Part shown: in pieces, positions 11,851-23,906 of the stretch
How positions within the stretch are numbered: the first letter of the stretch is position 1
How the letters are laid out: each line of letters begins with the position of its first letter
NCBI GenBank assembly: GCA_001949185.1
Contig: BDGG01000007.1
Span: 1,880,730 to 1,944,729 of the forward strand
DNA: 64,000 nt
Source: Ramazzottius varieornatus
Taxonomy: Eukaryota > Animalia > Tardigrada
Direction: 5' to 3'
Program-made: the position numbers and the translations under genes
Notes under the pieces: generated by a model
Database searches by the model: none
Seen by the model: the letters and a program-made list of their open reading frames with translations, nothing else
What the model was told of the DNA's origin: nothing

Positions 11851-12142
11851 CGAGGTAACCTGCATGGAGACTTCAACTCGAGAAATCCGGCGTGGAGGTT
11901 ACAGCGCTACATTTTTTTGCCCGCTTGATTGCCTGATCATGGTTCCACTCATAGGCTCGTCAACACTGCGCGACAACCCTCTTTTTTAACGCTCACATTT
12001 TAGCAACTTGACTCCTGTTTTGCCTACTCAAAGTTTGTAAAGAATTGAAACTAGTTTTTCTTAATTTACAACACCAAGAAAGGCGAGTTTGAGGCAGCGA
12101 AAATCGAGATCAAGACTTGTAATCACCACGCCGGATACCTCG
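11851..12142. mobile_element. MITE with CGAGGTA termini
   Basis: TA-CGAGGTA...ATCCGGCGTGG at the left and CCACGCCGGATACCTCG-TA at the right. Confidence 0.65.
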
Positions 12143-12287
12143 TACATCTATTACTTTTTAAATAATTATTGATTAATCATCTTTTCTGGCAGTACTTGCA
12201 GAGTGCCAAGTTTACCATAGCGGCAACGGTTAGCTGCTATTTGCCGAATATTCGAATATCACCGTAACCTGAAGTACACATGAAACA

Positions 12288-13300
12288 CTAACGGTCGAAG
12301 CAAGGACTGAAAATAGATGTGGCTGTGGCTGTTAGTAGTCCCAATGCTGCAGATGGAGTGGTACTGTTCTTGTCCACAGTCTGGCCTTTGTCACAGCTTT
12401 GAACGTCTAGAGCTGTGCCGTGGACGCCGTTAACGTTATCAGCCGGGTTGTTGCTGGGATCACCACTTCCAGTTGCTGTGGGGACACTGGGACCTTTAGA
12501 CGGGCTGGAAATGATGGCTGCACCAGATGGAGCCACGCCTTGGTTAATGTCGACGCTGTTGATGGGCACAACGAGACTGTGCATGGTTGCCACCATGGTC
12601 TTGTTGGATAAGATGCAGACCTACAAGCACAAGGCCTTGCAAGGACGCTATATTGGCATGCTTTCGTACAGTTGCTCAAGCAGTGCGCGACTTGTAAGAG
12701 AAGCCTGCTCAGGTGCGAGTCTTTGTCGACGGTGTTTGATAGGCTTTTCGAAGTTTATATGTGTATAAGCAGCTTACCACGGTGATGCCGGGGGGATAAG
12801 CGGATGTGGTACATTGTCCGTCGGACACTTTGTGTCGTATCTTGTTATCCTCTGCCACGCAGTCACGGTATACTCGAGTCGCAGCTCGAACACGACACAC
12901 CACAAATTAACAAGAAACACAAGGTTAGCCGATAGCAAAGTTAAGCATCATCAGACTAATTTCTGACCTGTAGTGTCAGCATTTACGGTAAAGCCAACGT
13001 CGCAGCCCGTATGGTGCCACTTTTGAAGACACACAGCTGTTCGAATTTGGCCAGGACGTTGGGGTCGGTGCTGGCACAATCGGACTGGTTCTGACTTGCT
13101 GCAGGGATGGAAGCGTCCTATCCTCCCGTCACGCTGGACCGCCGCTGGTGTCACACATGTAACAGGAGATTGCTGCTGCAACCATAATACAATACCATAG
13201 GCTGTAATCACTCTAAGAAGACAACTGTCCTCAGTACCAGATGGAATGAACCATGCGTTGCAAGTAACGAACAGACTATATACCGTAATTTGATCCTCAT
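12288..13300 (-). pseudogene. Ly6/three-finger (quiver-like) secreted protein, copy 1
   Basis: ISCYMCDT followed by an in-frame TGA and frameshifts; DCASTDP...TGCDVGF; YRDCVAED...DGQC. The terminal CxxxxCN segment is missing. Ser/Thr/Pro stalk present. Confidence 0.7.
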
Positions 13301-13491
13301 TGCGAAAGGAGTATAACTAGGGACAGGGTAGCCAAGGATATCACAGATGCGTAGTTGAGTGTACTTCCCATTTTTGGAACGATATGCACCTTGTTGTTGA
13401 GTTAAACTTATTCAAATAATCGCACTTCTCACGCGTGGGCACATTACGCTTTAGTGCGCAACTTACAGGAAGGTTGCCACGGGACGCTGTA

Positions 13492-14512
13492 CTGTAATGC
13501 TTCTTGAACTTCTCGAAGTAAGTCACCGTACGCATGAAAATTATCCGCAAGCACAGCCATATGAGATTTCGAACTGGGTTGTTTGTTTGATAGTTTCGTT
13601 ATTATTACGATAACATCGAACTGATAAATTGACTGAGAGTTTATTGGGCTATCGAACATACGTAACAGAAGTCCTGTCCGACAACCAGCAGAAAAGTTAT
13701 GGAAGGAAGAAGACTGGGGTCCAGTTACTACTGCTTTATAGACTATGCATGACGTCAGTGTACGCGCGAAGCATCTCCTAGGGAGTGGGTGGGAACTGAT
13801 ATCTGTACTGGGTCAGTCTTTGCGCGTGCGATGACGTCATGCGTGAAGCTAAGGAAGCCGTAAAAGGTAGATAGAATTGCCCATTCTAAAATCCCACAGA
13901 AGTGAAAATTTTGAAAATTCATTTCTCCAAATCTAGTCATGTCATTTCGTGACAGTTGGTACCATGCGATAGCCCTGATAATTCTCTACAACTTCACGTC
14001 AAAAAAGCAGGATTCGGAATTCTCGCGAAAAAAAGGGAATCTTATTTGACAAAACCCATTTATCGTTACGACTTATGAGCTTTTCTTCTATCAGACAAAT
14101 CCTACCACGGTCCTGAAGCAATCCTACCAGGAGTGGAGGGACAACTGAACGGCATTCACAAAGAAAGGGCATTTGAAGAAGCCATTATGTCAAGATTTTC
14201 TCTACTTCATGTTTGAGGCATGGTCCAAAATCAAAAAATCCCCTATGGAAGACTCTTTTGTTGCGCGCATATCTTGCCCGAACCACTCTACACGCTAGCT
14301 GAAGAGGATGTTGAAGATCTTAATTGCACCTCTGAGCTCTACCTCAAAAGCTTTACCTCTGTGGAAGATGACTGATCTGCCAGGCTGGATTTTCCAGCTT
14401 TAACGGGGTATATGATGGATTTTTGATTGGCCCGACTGCGCTAAACTCGTACCCGACGGGCAAAACTTACGTGTATCATGACGTGATTCGCGAAGTTCGA
14501 GAGGCATTACAG
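13492..14512 (+). mobile_element. Non-autonomous ~1-kb derivative of the pogo element
   Basis: TA-CTGTAATGCTTCTTGAACTTC... and ...GAAGTTCGAGAGGCATTACAG-TA. Region 14115-14512 is homologous to 11441-11831. Confidence 0.85.
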
Positions 14513-14657
14513 TACTGTACGTTCTTATAAAACGTTGAATCAATGAGATTTAGAATAAATCACGAAAGAAAAGTTTTAAATTAAAGTAAGAAGAGGACAA
14601 GATAGGTGTCTAGACTCGAGGGAAATAATGAGTAATAGGAGCGAGGTTTTACTCTGC

Positions 14658-15360
14658 TTAGCGTACAACTTTGCTCATATGCGTGACGCCTACGTCACAA
14701 AGCCTAAGAAACCTGCGCATAGCTCGTGACGTAGGGTGAGCAAAGTTGAACGCTGAGCAAAGACCCTGCTCCTCGTACAGTGAGTGTTGAAATGCGGAGT
14801 AAACAGGGCGCCAGACGCCATCCCTCTGGTCTATGGCTTGACCTTTGTCAGTACCTCGGTCGTGAAGGCCTGTCCCACCTCTGCCACCGTTGCCTGCGTT
14901 TTTTCTTGTGGAGATCTTGGTTTCTTTGTAGCGGTATGAGATGACTGTTACGCCGGAGGAAGCGATGCCTTTACTGATGTCGACTGTGTTGACGGGGACA
15001 ACAAGGCCGTGCATGATGGCCAAAAAGGTTTTGTTCGTGAAGATAGCGTAACCGTCTTAGGCATCACATCCGTCCGTTCCGCAAATGCAGATCATTGTGA
15101 CGCCGAAAGGGTAGTTTTGCGGTCCACAGTCTCCACACTGACCGTCAGCTACTGTAAATATTCGCTGCATCCGCGCAGTACGTACACGTACGTGAGGATG
15201 CACCCTCGAAGGGGGGGGGGGGGCAGTCCGTGAAACTGGACCGCGGCTGTACTTCACTTGTACGATGACGCGCTGCGCGGATACAGCGAATATTTACAGT
15301 ATTCCTCGCTTTTGCTTGTTCTCTTCGGCCACGCGATCAAATTTCGTCGTCAAGCCCCAG
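14658..15360 (-). pseudogene. Ly6/quiver-like copy 2
   Basis: With the MITE removed it reads DRVAEENKQKRGIADGQC...ICICGTDGCDA*DGYAIFTNKTFLAIMHGLVVPVNTVDI, with an in-frame TAA. The 5' exons are not recognisable. Confidence 0.75.
15152..15299. mobile_element. 148-bp MITE inserted in the exon of Ly6-like copy 2
   Basis: TIR CTGTAAATATTCGCTG(C/T)ATCCGCGCAG. TA duplicated at 15150-51 and 15300-01. Removing it restores the reading frame. Confidence 0.88.
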
Positions 15361-15593
15361 CTCTCGATCAGATTTCGTTCACCAAATGCCTCAATGCCGT
15401 CACGTCAGAGGGCTGAGAAATTCTGCCTAGTACCCGTTTGTCCTGGCAAAGCAGCATCGTTTCCTTCTGAATGAATTCAACGAAACAGTCCGGCAGTAGC
15501 GGACAAGGAGAAAAAACAAACTTGCCGTTGTTTGATCCGCACAAAAAGAGGAGTATCAGCAGCGATAAATTGTTGGAGGTTGCCCCAGGGGTA

Positions 15594-15937
15594 CGAGGGA
15601 AAGGTTGTAAAGTTAGCCGCCCCATACCGGGTTTGTAAAGTTAGCCGTCTAAGTTCGCCGTCTAAGTTCGCCGTCTAAGTTCGCCTGTTCTCTACTACTC
15701 AATCCCAAACTTTTAAGGATAGATCGAAAGATAAAATAATGAGCTGTCGAATGGTAATAGGCACAGTCAACACGAGAAGTCAGAGAACCAAAGAGATCCG
15801 CAATTAAAAGAACGTTGAAATCTCATGTTAAACAGCCAAGACTGACAATCAAATAGTCAATCAAGCAATAGGCGCCACAGCCGTGGCTAACTTTACAAAC
15901 CCAGTATGGGGTGGCTAAGTTTACAACCTTTACCTCG
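15594..15937. mobile_element. 344-bp mariner-type MITE with an internal 13-bp tandem repeat
   Basis: TA-CGAGGGAAAGGTTGTAAAGTTAGCC... and ...GGCTAAGTTTACAACCTTTACCTCG-TA. GCCGTCTAAGTTC x3 at ~15644-15682. Confidence 0.85.
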
Positions 15938-16134
15938 TATAGTTGATAGCATTTCCCATTTTCCTAACGGTTCGTCGACCGCTGGGTTATCACTGAGTAA
16001 TCATACTTTGACTTCTGACTAGAACGCTGCATTTCACTGCCAATCCAGAAGAAAAAGTTGCCGCGGGAAACCATACCTTGATCATCGTACTTATGATAAA
16101 TCAACAAAACAACCGAATCGTAACAAGCGCAGTA

Positions 16135-17162
16135 TCACAACAAAGAATTCAGCAAGGGCAACAAGAAGCCAAAAAACAACAATCATATCGTGATAATTAC
16201 GTCCGCCCGAAGGTCAGTAGCAGAGGAGTTTTGGCTACATCCGTTTGTACCGACATTACCGGCACGCGCAGCGACATCTGGTTCAGCATTAGGATCTAAG
16301 GCGTCTAACAAACCGGAACCATCTCCCTGACCAGTAGCGGTGTTACTGCTCCCTCCTGATCGAGCCGATCCTGCCGACCGGCCGGGTCCACCTGTTGTCG
16401 CCGTTCCTGCGTCAGCTGTAGTGGTAGTGGGAGGGGGCGGGGTAGGACCCATAAAGTTAGCATTGGCTGGAACGACGTCCATGGTGTTGACGGGCAAGAG
16501 GAGACCGTTGACAGTAGCCATGATGGTACCGTTGCTCAGCGTGGCAAAGCCGTTGTGGACGTTACATATGGCCCCGTTGCAGACGCAAATCCATTGCATG
16601 CCCGGCGGGTAGGCGCTATAACCGCACTGGCCGTCATCCAGCCTTCGTTGTTGCTTGTTGACCGGGCTGACGCAATCTCGATATGTTCGAGTCACGGCTG
16701 CAACCAAGCTAATTGAATCACCCAAAGTTTCTGCTATGGTCTATCCCTTTCTCCGGAAGTTCAGAATGTAACCTTGCAAGACTTCACAATCCAATCCATC
16801 TTCTACTTTTACCAACAATGCCTTACTTTTGTTGTCTGCAGATAGGGCAAAACCGGTGTCGCAGCCGGTCTTGTCAGAGTCGCACTGGTACTTGAACATT
16901 TCGAGGACGGCCGGATCACCGCTAGCACAATCGGGGGGCTTGCAGGTTGGACTTGGGTATAGCGGCGTCAGCCCCCTGCGTAATTTCCGTGTCGCACATG
17001 TAACATATCACACCGGCTGCAAACCAAAATACAGTGAGGATCGTTGTTGCTTATTGTGTCGTCTTCAGACTAAAGGTGAAACGTACCACTATGAACTTTT
17101 GCCGGTTGAGCCAGGAGTATCACAGAGTAGACAGCGATCAGCAAGCAGTTCCTCACTTCCGT
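16135..17162 (-). pseudogene. Ly6/quiver-like GPI-anchored protein, copy 3 (near intact)
   Basis: Three exons: signal EVRNCLLIAVYSVILLAQ, then VICYMCDT...DCASGDP...QCDSDKTGCDTGF, then YRDC...DGQC...ICVCNGAICN with stalk and hydrophobic tail. Lesions: ACG at the expected start, an extra base in the G6 run near 16933-16938, and TGA within the tail (VIITI*LLFFGFLLPLLNSLL). Confidence 0.75.
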
Positions 17163-17506
17163 TTCGGCGGTAATGCTCTTCCCCGTTCGGAACGAAAACT
17201 TGCAATGAATTGCTGTGAACGCAACAAGTGATGAGTATATCGGTTAGTGATGGAGTATATCGGTTGAGTAGGGAATAAAATGTCAATTTAGGAGATGTCA
17301 CTGCCCGTGTGAGACGGTTTGCGATGCTTTACCAACTATCACGCCTCATTCATAACATCAAGTGTGTAGCTTTTGGCGCGTTTCCATAGAGAAAATGAGA
17401 TGATACTATAGTTAAAATCCGGGCTCGTTACAACACAGTGGGAAAAACCAGTTGACGTTTAATTGGTGGTTTTTTTTCTGTCAAGCCACGTCGCGGTCAG
17501 ACGGCG

Positions 17507-18616
17507 TCAAAGCCACCAGAAACGCAGTTTGTCGAAAATGACCTTTCCTTGCGCAGCATTACCCAGTACAATGAGGACAGGATCGATGACTGTGGTCAAG
17601 CTCCGGATGGCATCAACAACCAAGTAGACTTCCACCACACCTCTGTCTGTGATCATTTGCCAAGTGAAGTATATGTCGTTGGGCATCAGACACAAAATGA
17701 CACTGATCGTTATCAAGGTCAGCGTGACGAAGCCAGTGCGGCTGCCGTTGAGTGCTCTTCCGCAGACCCGAAGTCCCTTTTCGCTTGCTGCAAACGCGCT
17801 GCCCGATACCGGTTGCCCTTCTCCCGCTGCCACCGCGTTCGATCGCGTGATAGCGCTGGTTCCGCTGGCTTGTTGACTGCGGGCCGCGGTGTTGACCGAA
17901 AGCGGCATGATCTGCTGTCTACGCTTAGTGAAAAATGGTTTGTAGCAAAAGAAGGGGTACGACAAGACGATACTGAGAAGCGGCAGATCGAAGAGAACTA
18001 CCTCCAGCACTGTACTCCACCAACCGACGTTTTCAGGCTCGATAGTGCAGTCAGGCGTTAGATTGTCAGAGAGATGAGGCCGAATTAAAGACACCAGGAT
18101 CGCAGTCGGAATGGTGCAGGCATTGATAATAACCCAATTAGACACGCAAAGGGTGATGGCGATCTTCGTCGTATGCTGTGAGCGGTACGAAAAGGAAAAG
18201 GTCACCGCCCACATACGATTGACGGGCCAATATAACGAGGTCGGGAAAGGCATAGCCAAAATAATTGTAATACTGGCAAGCCTTGTAACTTATGGAGCAG
18301 TTGAGTGTGTACTTTTCTAAAACATTGAGCGATCCATGGAAGATAGCGGAGAAAAAGTCGACCAGCAGTAGATTGACTATGTGAGTGGTTAAAGGGTTGA
18401 CAAGTGTGCGTCGAGAAGCAAAAGTGGCCAAAACAGCCAGGTTGAATATTCCGCCGACAACTGTGGCAAAGAGGGCCACAAAAGCAGACAATTACCAATT
18501 AGGTTCTCGGGTGTTGATGGTACCATTCAATGTTTCGGAGAACTTTGAATGGATGGAAACGCCGGAGAAAAGGACGAACGGTCGATCTGGAACCCTTCAG
18601 GTGCGGCCATACTCAT
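17507..18616 (-). pseudogene. Orphan class A GPCR, copy A
   Basis: Paralogue of 18676-19878. TAA in W*LSA and a frameshifting deletion of the HFLIA region before VNRMWAV. Confidence 0.85.
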
Positions 18617-18675
18617 AATCAATAGAATAGTTTAATTTAACTCGTTTAGTCTAGCGCGACTGCATCCCTGCACGG

Positions 18676-19878
18676 TCATCCAGGTGGCTCGTTTTTCCGG
18701 TTGCCAGCTGGGAATACCGACGGATAAGCCGTATCGCAACGACGATTGAAGGCGGATCGGCAAAAGGGCAGTCTAGAGCTGACCATCTTCCGTAGTTCAG
18801 TATTTCCCAGTACAATCAGGACAGGGTCAAAGACTGTGGTCAAGCGTTGCATGGCATCAACGACCAGATACACTTCCATCAGGTCGCTGTCTGTCATCAT
18901 CTGCCATGTGTAGTATACTTCGTTGGGTATTAGGCAGACGACAACACTCAGCGTCATCAAGGTCAGCGTCAAAAAAGCACTTGGGCTGCCGTTGAGTGTC
19001 CTTCCGCATACTCGCAGCCTCTTCTCGGCAACTGCCCTGCCCTCGTTGCCGGATACCGGCCCACTCCCACTCACGTGCACCCCGCCCCATGCCGTTGAGC
19101 CGTTGGTGGCTAATCGACTGCGAGCACCAGTATTAACGGAATGCGGCCTTATCTGTTGTCGGCGTTTGCTGAAGAAGGATTTGTAGCAAACGAAAGGGTA
19201 CAATAAGATGATTGCCAGAAGGGGGACATCATACAGAACTACCTCAAGTATCAAACTCCAAGAGCCAGCCTTAGCCGGCTCGATGGTGCAGTCGAGAGTA
19301 AGGTTGTCATCGCTTGAAGGTCGAACGACAGAAACCAGGATGGCAGTTGGTATCGTGCAAAGGTTAACGACTACCCAAGTGGTAGTACAAAATGTGACCG
19401 CCAGCTTTGTAGTATGCTGTGTGCGGTATGAAAAGGGAAAGGTGACGGCCCAGACTCGGTTTACGGCTATGAGAAAATGGGCGAAGATGACCAGGCTGGG
19501 AAATGTGAAGCCAAGATAGTTGTAGAAATGACAAGCTTCCTGGCCGAAGGTCCAGTTGAGAAAGTACTTTTCCAGAACATTTAACGGGCCGTGGACGACA
19601 GCAAGAACGACATCGACAAGCAGCAGGTTGATGATGTAAACAGCAAAAGGATTGAGTAGTGTGCGCTGGTAGGCGTGAACGGTCAGAAGAGCAGTATTGA
19701 GTATTCCACCGGCTACTGTAGCCAACAGAGCAATTGAAGCGGACAGTGACCAGGTAGGTCTCAATACATCAAGTGTAGCAATGGCCGATTCTGACAGATT
19801 CGGGCTTGAGAAGGCAATACAGAGAGTGGATAAACTTTCATTCCAGAAACGATCATTGGAGGAATTGTTATAAGACAT
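18676..19878 (-). CDS. Orphan rhodopsin-like (class A) GPCR, copy B, intronless, ~400 aa
   Basis: Seven hydrophobic segments, N-glycosylation sites at the N-terminus, GGILN, INLLLVD, WTFGQEAC, AVNRVWAV (DRY position), CLIP, FDPVLIV. Confidence 0.9.
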   Translation of the reverse strand: MSYNNSSNDRFWNESLSTLCIAFSSPNLSESAIATLDVLRPTWSLSASIALLATVAGGILNTALLTVHAYQRTLLNPFAVYIINLLLVDVVLAVVHGPLNVLEKYFLNWTFGQEACHFYNYLGFTFPSLVIFAHFLIAVNRVWAVTFPFSYRTQHTTKLAVTFCTTTWVVVNLCTIPTAILVSVVRPSSDDNLTLDCTIEPAKAGSWSLILEVVLYDVPLLAIILLYPFVCYKSFFSKRRQQIRPHSVNTGARSRLATNGSTAWGGVHVSGSGPVSGNEGRAVAEKRLRVCGRTLNGSPSAFLTLTLMTLSVVVCLIPNEVYYTWQMMTDSDLMEVYLVVDAMQRLTTVFDPVLIVLGNTELRKMVSSRLPFCRSAFNRRCDTAYPSVFPAGNRKNEPPG

Positions 19879-20899
19879 GGTACTTTTTGTACTGACTTTG
19901 TCAGCTATGTCCAACTGCGTGAGAGCCCCGCTTGAGCTGAGTGCGGAGGTGCATAGTTAGCAGAGTAGTGCGACTTTGCGCGAGCAGCTCGACAGTCGAT
20001 ATGGTTCGCGGTAGGATAAACGTCCACTCCGATTTATGGATATGTGAGATTTATCGATGGATTCGACAAAACTTTATCGAGATCTCAAGGTATCCTTAGC
20101 TAATTGGGATAGATGACAGCACCTGGATTAGCCTCTATCAATTTTCATGCTGAGCTCCTCGTTGTTTAGATCACGACTTCCCTTCTCTGCGCGAAGTCGG
20201 TACAGGGCCGGGGGACGTCTGCTCAAACACGTCAGGTCTCCGCAATTCTTCGAATGGTGCTAACGTTTCCGGTTCCAGGCCCGCTATACTTCTCCAGTTT
20301 TACAAACATGCTTCTAGCCATTTGCTATTCTTTCTGCTTTTTTGTACTGTCTGACTTGTTATCGAAATCTGATGAATCTTCAAAACAAAGAAACTTTTAC
20401 TCGCCTTTCTCTAAGCTTTCGCTTCGAGGGTTTGTAACTAGGCTCTTGACAGTTGAAGTGTTGAAAAGCATCTCCGAAAAATCGATAACTAGGAGGGCGG
20501 ACCGATGCAGAAGGACGGACTGAACCATCATGGAAACGCAAGCTGCGACGAGAGAAGCTTTAGAAACGCGGTGTTGCTCACAAGGAGATTAACGCAATTT
20601 ACCGCCTCTGAGCCATAAATTAGGATTACCGGTGGATATAGGAGAGTTTCCTTCATAGTCTGAACCAATAACTTAGACCCATTATCGTTCCGACAATAAA
20701 CTACAGGACGCGGAAGCGACGAAAACATGGCACAATCAGAGCAATCAGTCATCAAGTCGGTTATAAAGCGGCTAAATTGTCGCCACTCCGGCGTCCTGTA
20801 ATTTATTCCCGGAACAACAATGGGTCCAGGTTACTGGCTCCGACGATGAAGGAAGCTCTCCTCTATCCACCACAGTGGTCCTAGTTTGTGGCTGGGAGG

Positions 20900-21385
20900 C
20901 GGCTTATTACGTTAATCCCTTGTCGGTACCATCATCCGAGGGTCGACGACAGTGGCTAAACGTTGAAGAATGTCAGCTATATTGACGACGAATAAAGTGT
21001 TTCTCAGCACGCAGTCAGCTACGCTCAAGGTCGTCAAAGTCAGGGCCACAAATCCCGTCCGATTATTTACATGTGAGGATTTCCCACAGATCCGCGGTCA
21101 CGTTCTTTGTGCACCTCCCACATCGGTCGCTGGGTCCATATCATGTGGAGGTACCTTATGTACCCATCCCCCGCGACGCCCTGCGCACGTATTGCCATGG
21201 ACGATCGATGTTCGATCCATCTTTTGTTTACGAACATAAAAAAGCGACTTGTTGCAGCCCAAGGGATACGCAACAATAGCCGGTAAAATCGGAATCAGAC
21301 CCACAAAACCTTCCGAGACGATACTCCAGAGTCTAGTAATGGTCAATCCCACTGAGCGATCCTCATTCGTCTTCACAAGTGTCAC
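20900..21385 (-). pseudogene. GPCR fragment, copy C (TM5-TM7 remnant)
   Basis: IPILPAIVAYPLGCNKSLF and ICGKSSHVNNRTGFVALTLTT match the paralogues. It is 5'-truncated and frameshifted. Confidence 0.75.
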
Positions 21386-22793
21386 TCCATCCGGTGGTGT
21401 ATTTCAAAAATTCGAGGGGTCGGAAATTCTTTCGCGTCGCATGGTACGGTTTCAGTAAGAGGAAAATTTTGAGGGCTCTATAACTGGCCACACCTTCTGG
21501 AGTATGTCAACAGATTGGCTCAGTGCCAACCAATCGTAGACAGCAGGTACGTATGAGTCCTCAAACGCCAGCCAGCTGTATTGAAAGGTAAAGCAACGAT
21601 ATTCAGAAAGTGCATTTGACACCCGACAGAGTTTATGTTCCGCAGCTCGTTTTACTGACGAATACAGTGATCGAATACAGTGTCAGAAACGTAGACTCAG
21701 ACTGCCTGACGAACGTTTCGAAAGATCGACCGCGACCTATAGTTTTCCCCTTATTTATTCAATTTTCGAGCAGGGAAGGCTCGGTGCGGTGCGATGGATT
21801 GTTTTCACCATCCTTTACCGATTTGGCGAAAGTTTCTAATTCTAAACACGAAGATCATTCGACGTTAACGATACTGCCGACCATGCCCACACAGACGGAA
21901 ACGTGCGACTTGATTATTTGATCACCCCTGATAAAGTACGACGTAATGACAGTAATGTACGTGTGACGTGAGTTCAGAGCTCGACTTGCCATGCTGTGTG
22001 GTGAATGGTGAATGTTTAGCAGGCCTTAAACCGAAACCGAAAACGTTTGTATCGGGTGAGAAAGTATGACATGTCTTCTTGCCCTCTGCCGAAGTCAAAT
22101 TTTTTCTGACGCCATACCTCAAACGTTTTGGCCAGCTTATACACCCACACTAGCTTATACGGCACTCCCGAGATATTTTGGAAGACATTTCGCTCCATGG
22201 TTGCGAACGGCTGAAGGAAGGGGTCAAAATTAATAGACTGATACGGTGCTTTTCAAACCCAATTTGGGGAAATTTTTCCTATCTCGCTAAATAAGGTCCA
22301 AGTTATTGAGCGAGTGATAATCTATTAGCACCAGGACCCTACTATAAGAAGGTTGAATGACAAGTTCCAGTTCCGATTTCTGCAGTTTTGCGCAAGTGTT
22401 TTGTTCGGTGCGCACTCTGAAGCAGCCTTGCAACAGTAGCGGGTCCAGTCCGTGAACCGACTACGCCTGTTGAGCGGGAAGGTTTTCCATAAACAATTCC
22501 TGTTCCAGAGCGGTCTAGAGTACCGTTATAGTTTTGCTTGGTGAAAGAGATTTGGGTTTCCGCAGCCCAATTTTGATACGAACATTTTTGCTTTGAAAGT
22601 GCACTTTTTTGACATCAGATTGTTCGAATCTGTGAGTTCTGAGCCGGATAAGCCGTAATAACATCAGGCATTTAGCCAAATAATGCGTCAGGCATTTGGC
22701 CAAATAATAGGTTATAGGGATGCATGGTGCTGGACGAAGATGGAACAAGTTTTGACTTTGAGCAGTACCAAAGTGTTGGTCTCAGTAGGTCAA

Positions 22794-23906
22794 TCAGCGG
22801 CAGTGTATTCGGTTGGCTACTATCTGGCGTAGTTCGCTGTTGCCCAGAACAATGAGAATAGGATCAAACACAGTCGTCAGTCTCTGCAGCGTTTCGGCGA
22901 TGGTGAAAACACCCGGGGGATCAGTCTCGACTACCATCATCATCGTCCAATAGGCTTCGTTAGGCAACAAGCAAATGAGGACATTCAGTGTCATCAAAGT
23001 CAGAGTCACCAATCCGGTTCGGCTTCCAGTGATACTTCTCCCGCAGATACGTCCCACCCCTCCACCCTTTCCCTTCCCACTTCCACCGGCTCGCTGGCTT
23101 TCGCTCTGTTGCGCTCCTTCCGAACCTACGATCCTGACCATGGTTCGTCGACGGGTATCGTTTGCTTCAGAGGCAGCTTGCGGTGCTACACGTTGCTTGC
23201 GATCACTAAAGAAGGATTTGTAACACACTAAAGGATAGGCCAAGATAACTGATAGGATCGGTACATCGAAGATAAGAATTTGGGAAAGCGAACTCCAGAC
23301 ACCGATGACGGTCACGTCCAAAGTGCATTGTGGCGTGCCCTCCGTAGTAGAGTTGGTGATGCCAGCAGTAGCAATGACAGTTGGAATGTAGAGGATATTG
23401 AGAAGGATCCACACCGAGACGCAGAGCAGGATGGCGACCTTGGTCGAGTGGTGTATACGGTAGGAAAACGGGAAGACTACTGCCCAAACGCGGTTGACGG
23501 CAATGAGGAAGTGACCGAGAATGATGTTACCTTCAAAGACCCACGCCAGGTACCAGCGCAATACACAAGCGTTGTGACCCAAGAGCCACTGAGACGCCAA
23601 TTGTTCCAGTAGATTGAATGGCGCGTAGACAAGAGCAATAATACAGTCGATGATAAGCAAGTTTATGAGGTAGATGCCGAAGGAAAAACGAAGGGTAGGT
23701 CGAGAAGTGAAGATGGCCAGTACACTCAAGTTGAAAAGACCCCCCGTGATGATGGCAAACACAGTGACGCAGGCTGAAGTTGACCAAGTGGTGGCCGATG
23801 TATCTTTCGAAGAACTTGAAGTCGTCAAGGACGAAATACTCACATTTTTGGTACTATTCGGAAAAGCACTTCGCGAAACATTTGAACCAAAAATTCTCGA
23901 ATCCAT
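22794..23906 (-). CDS. Orphan class A GPCR, copy D, intronless, 370 aa
   Basis: GGLFN, INLLIID, WLLGHNAC, AVNRVWAV, CLLP, FDPILIV. The frame is open throughout. Confidence 0.9.
   Translation of the reverse strand: MDSRIFGSNVSRSAFPNSTKNVSISSLTTSSSSKDTSATTWSTSACVTVFAIITGGLFNLSVLAIFTSRPTLRFSFGIYLINLLIIDCIIALVYAPFNLLEQLASQWLLGHNACVLRWYLAWVFEGNIILGHFLIAVNRVWAVVFPFSYRIHHSTKVAILLCVSVWILLNILYIPTVIATAGITNSTTEGTPQCTLDVTVIGVWSSLSQILIFDVPILSVILAYPLVCYKSFFSDRKQRVAPQAASEANDTRRRTMVRIVGSEGAQQSESQRAGGSGKGKGGGVGRICGRSITGSRTGLVTLTLMTLNVLICLLPNEAYWTMMMVVETDPPGVFTIAETLQRLTTVFDPILIVLGNSELRQIVANRIHCR

Noticed and set aside
16183-16185. Selenocysteine or programmed readthrough at the TGA in Ly6-like copy 3
   Set aside because: The same copy has two other lesions and I saw no SECIS-like element. 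Pseudogenisation is simpler.
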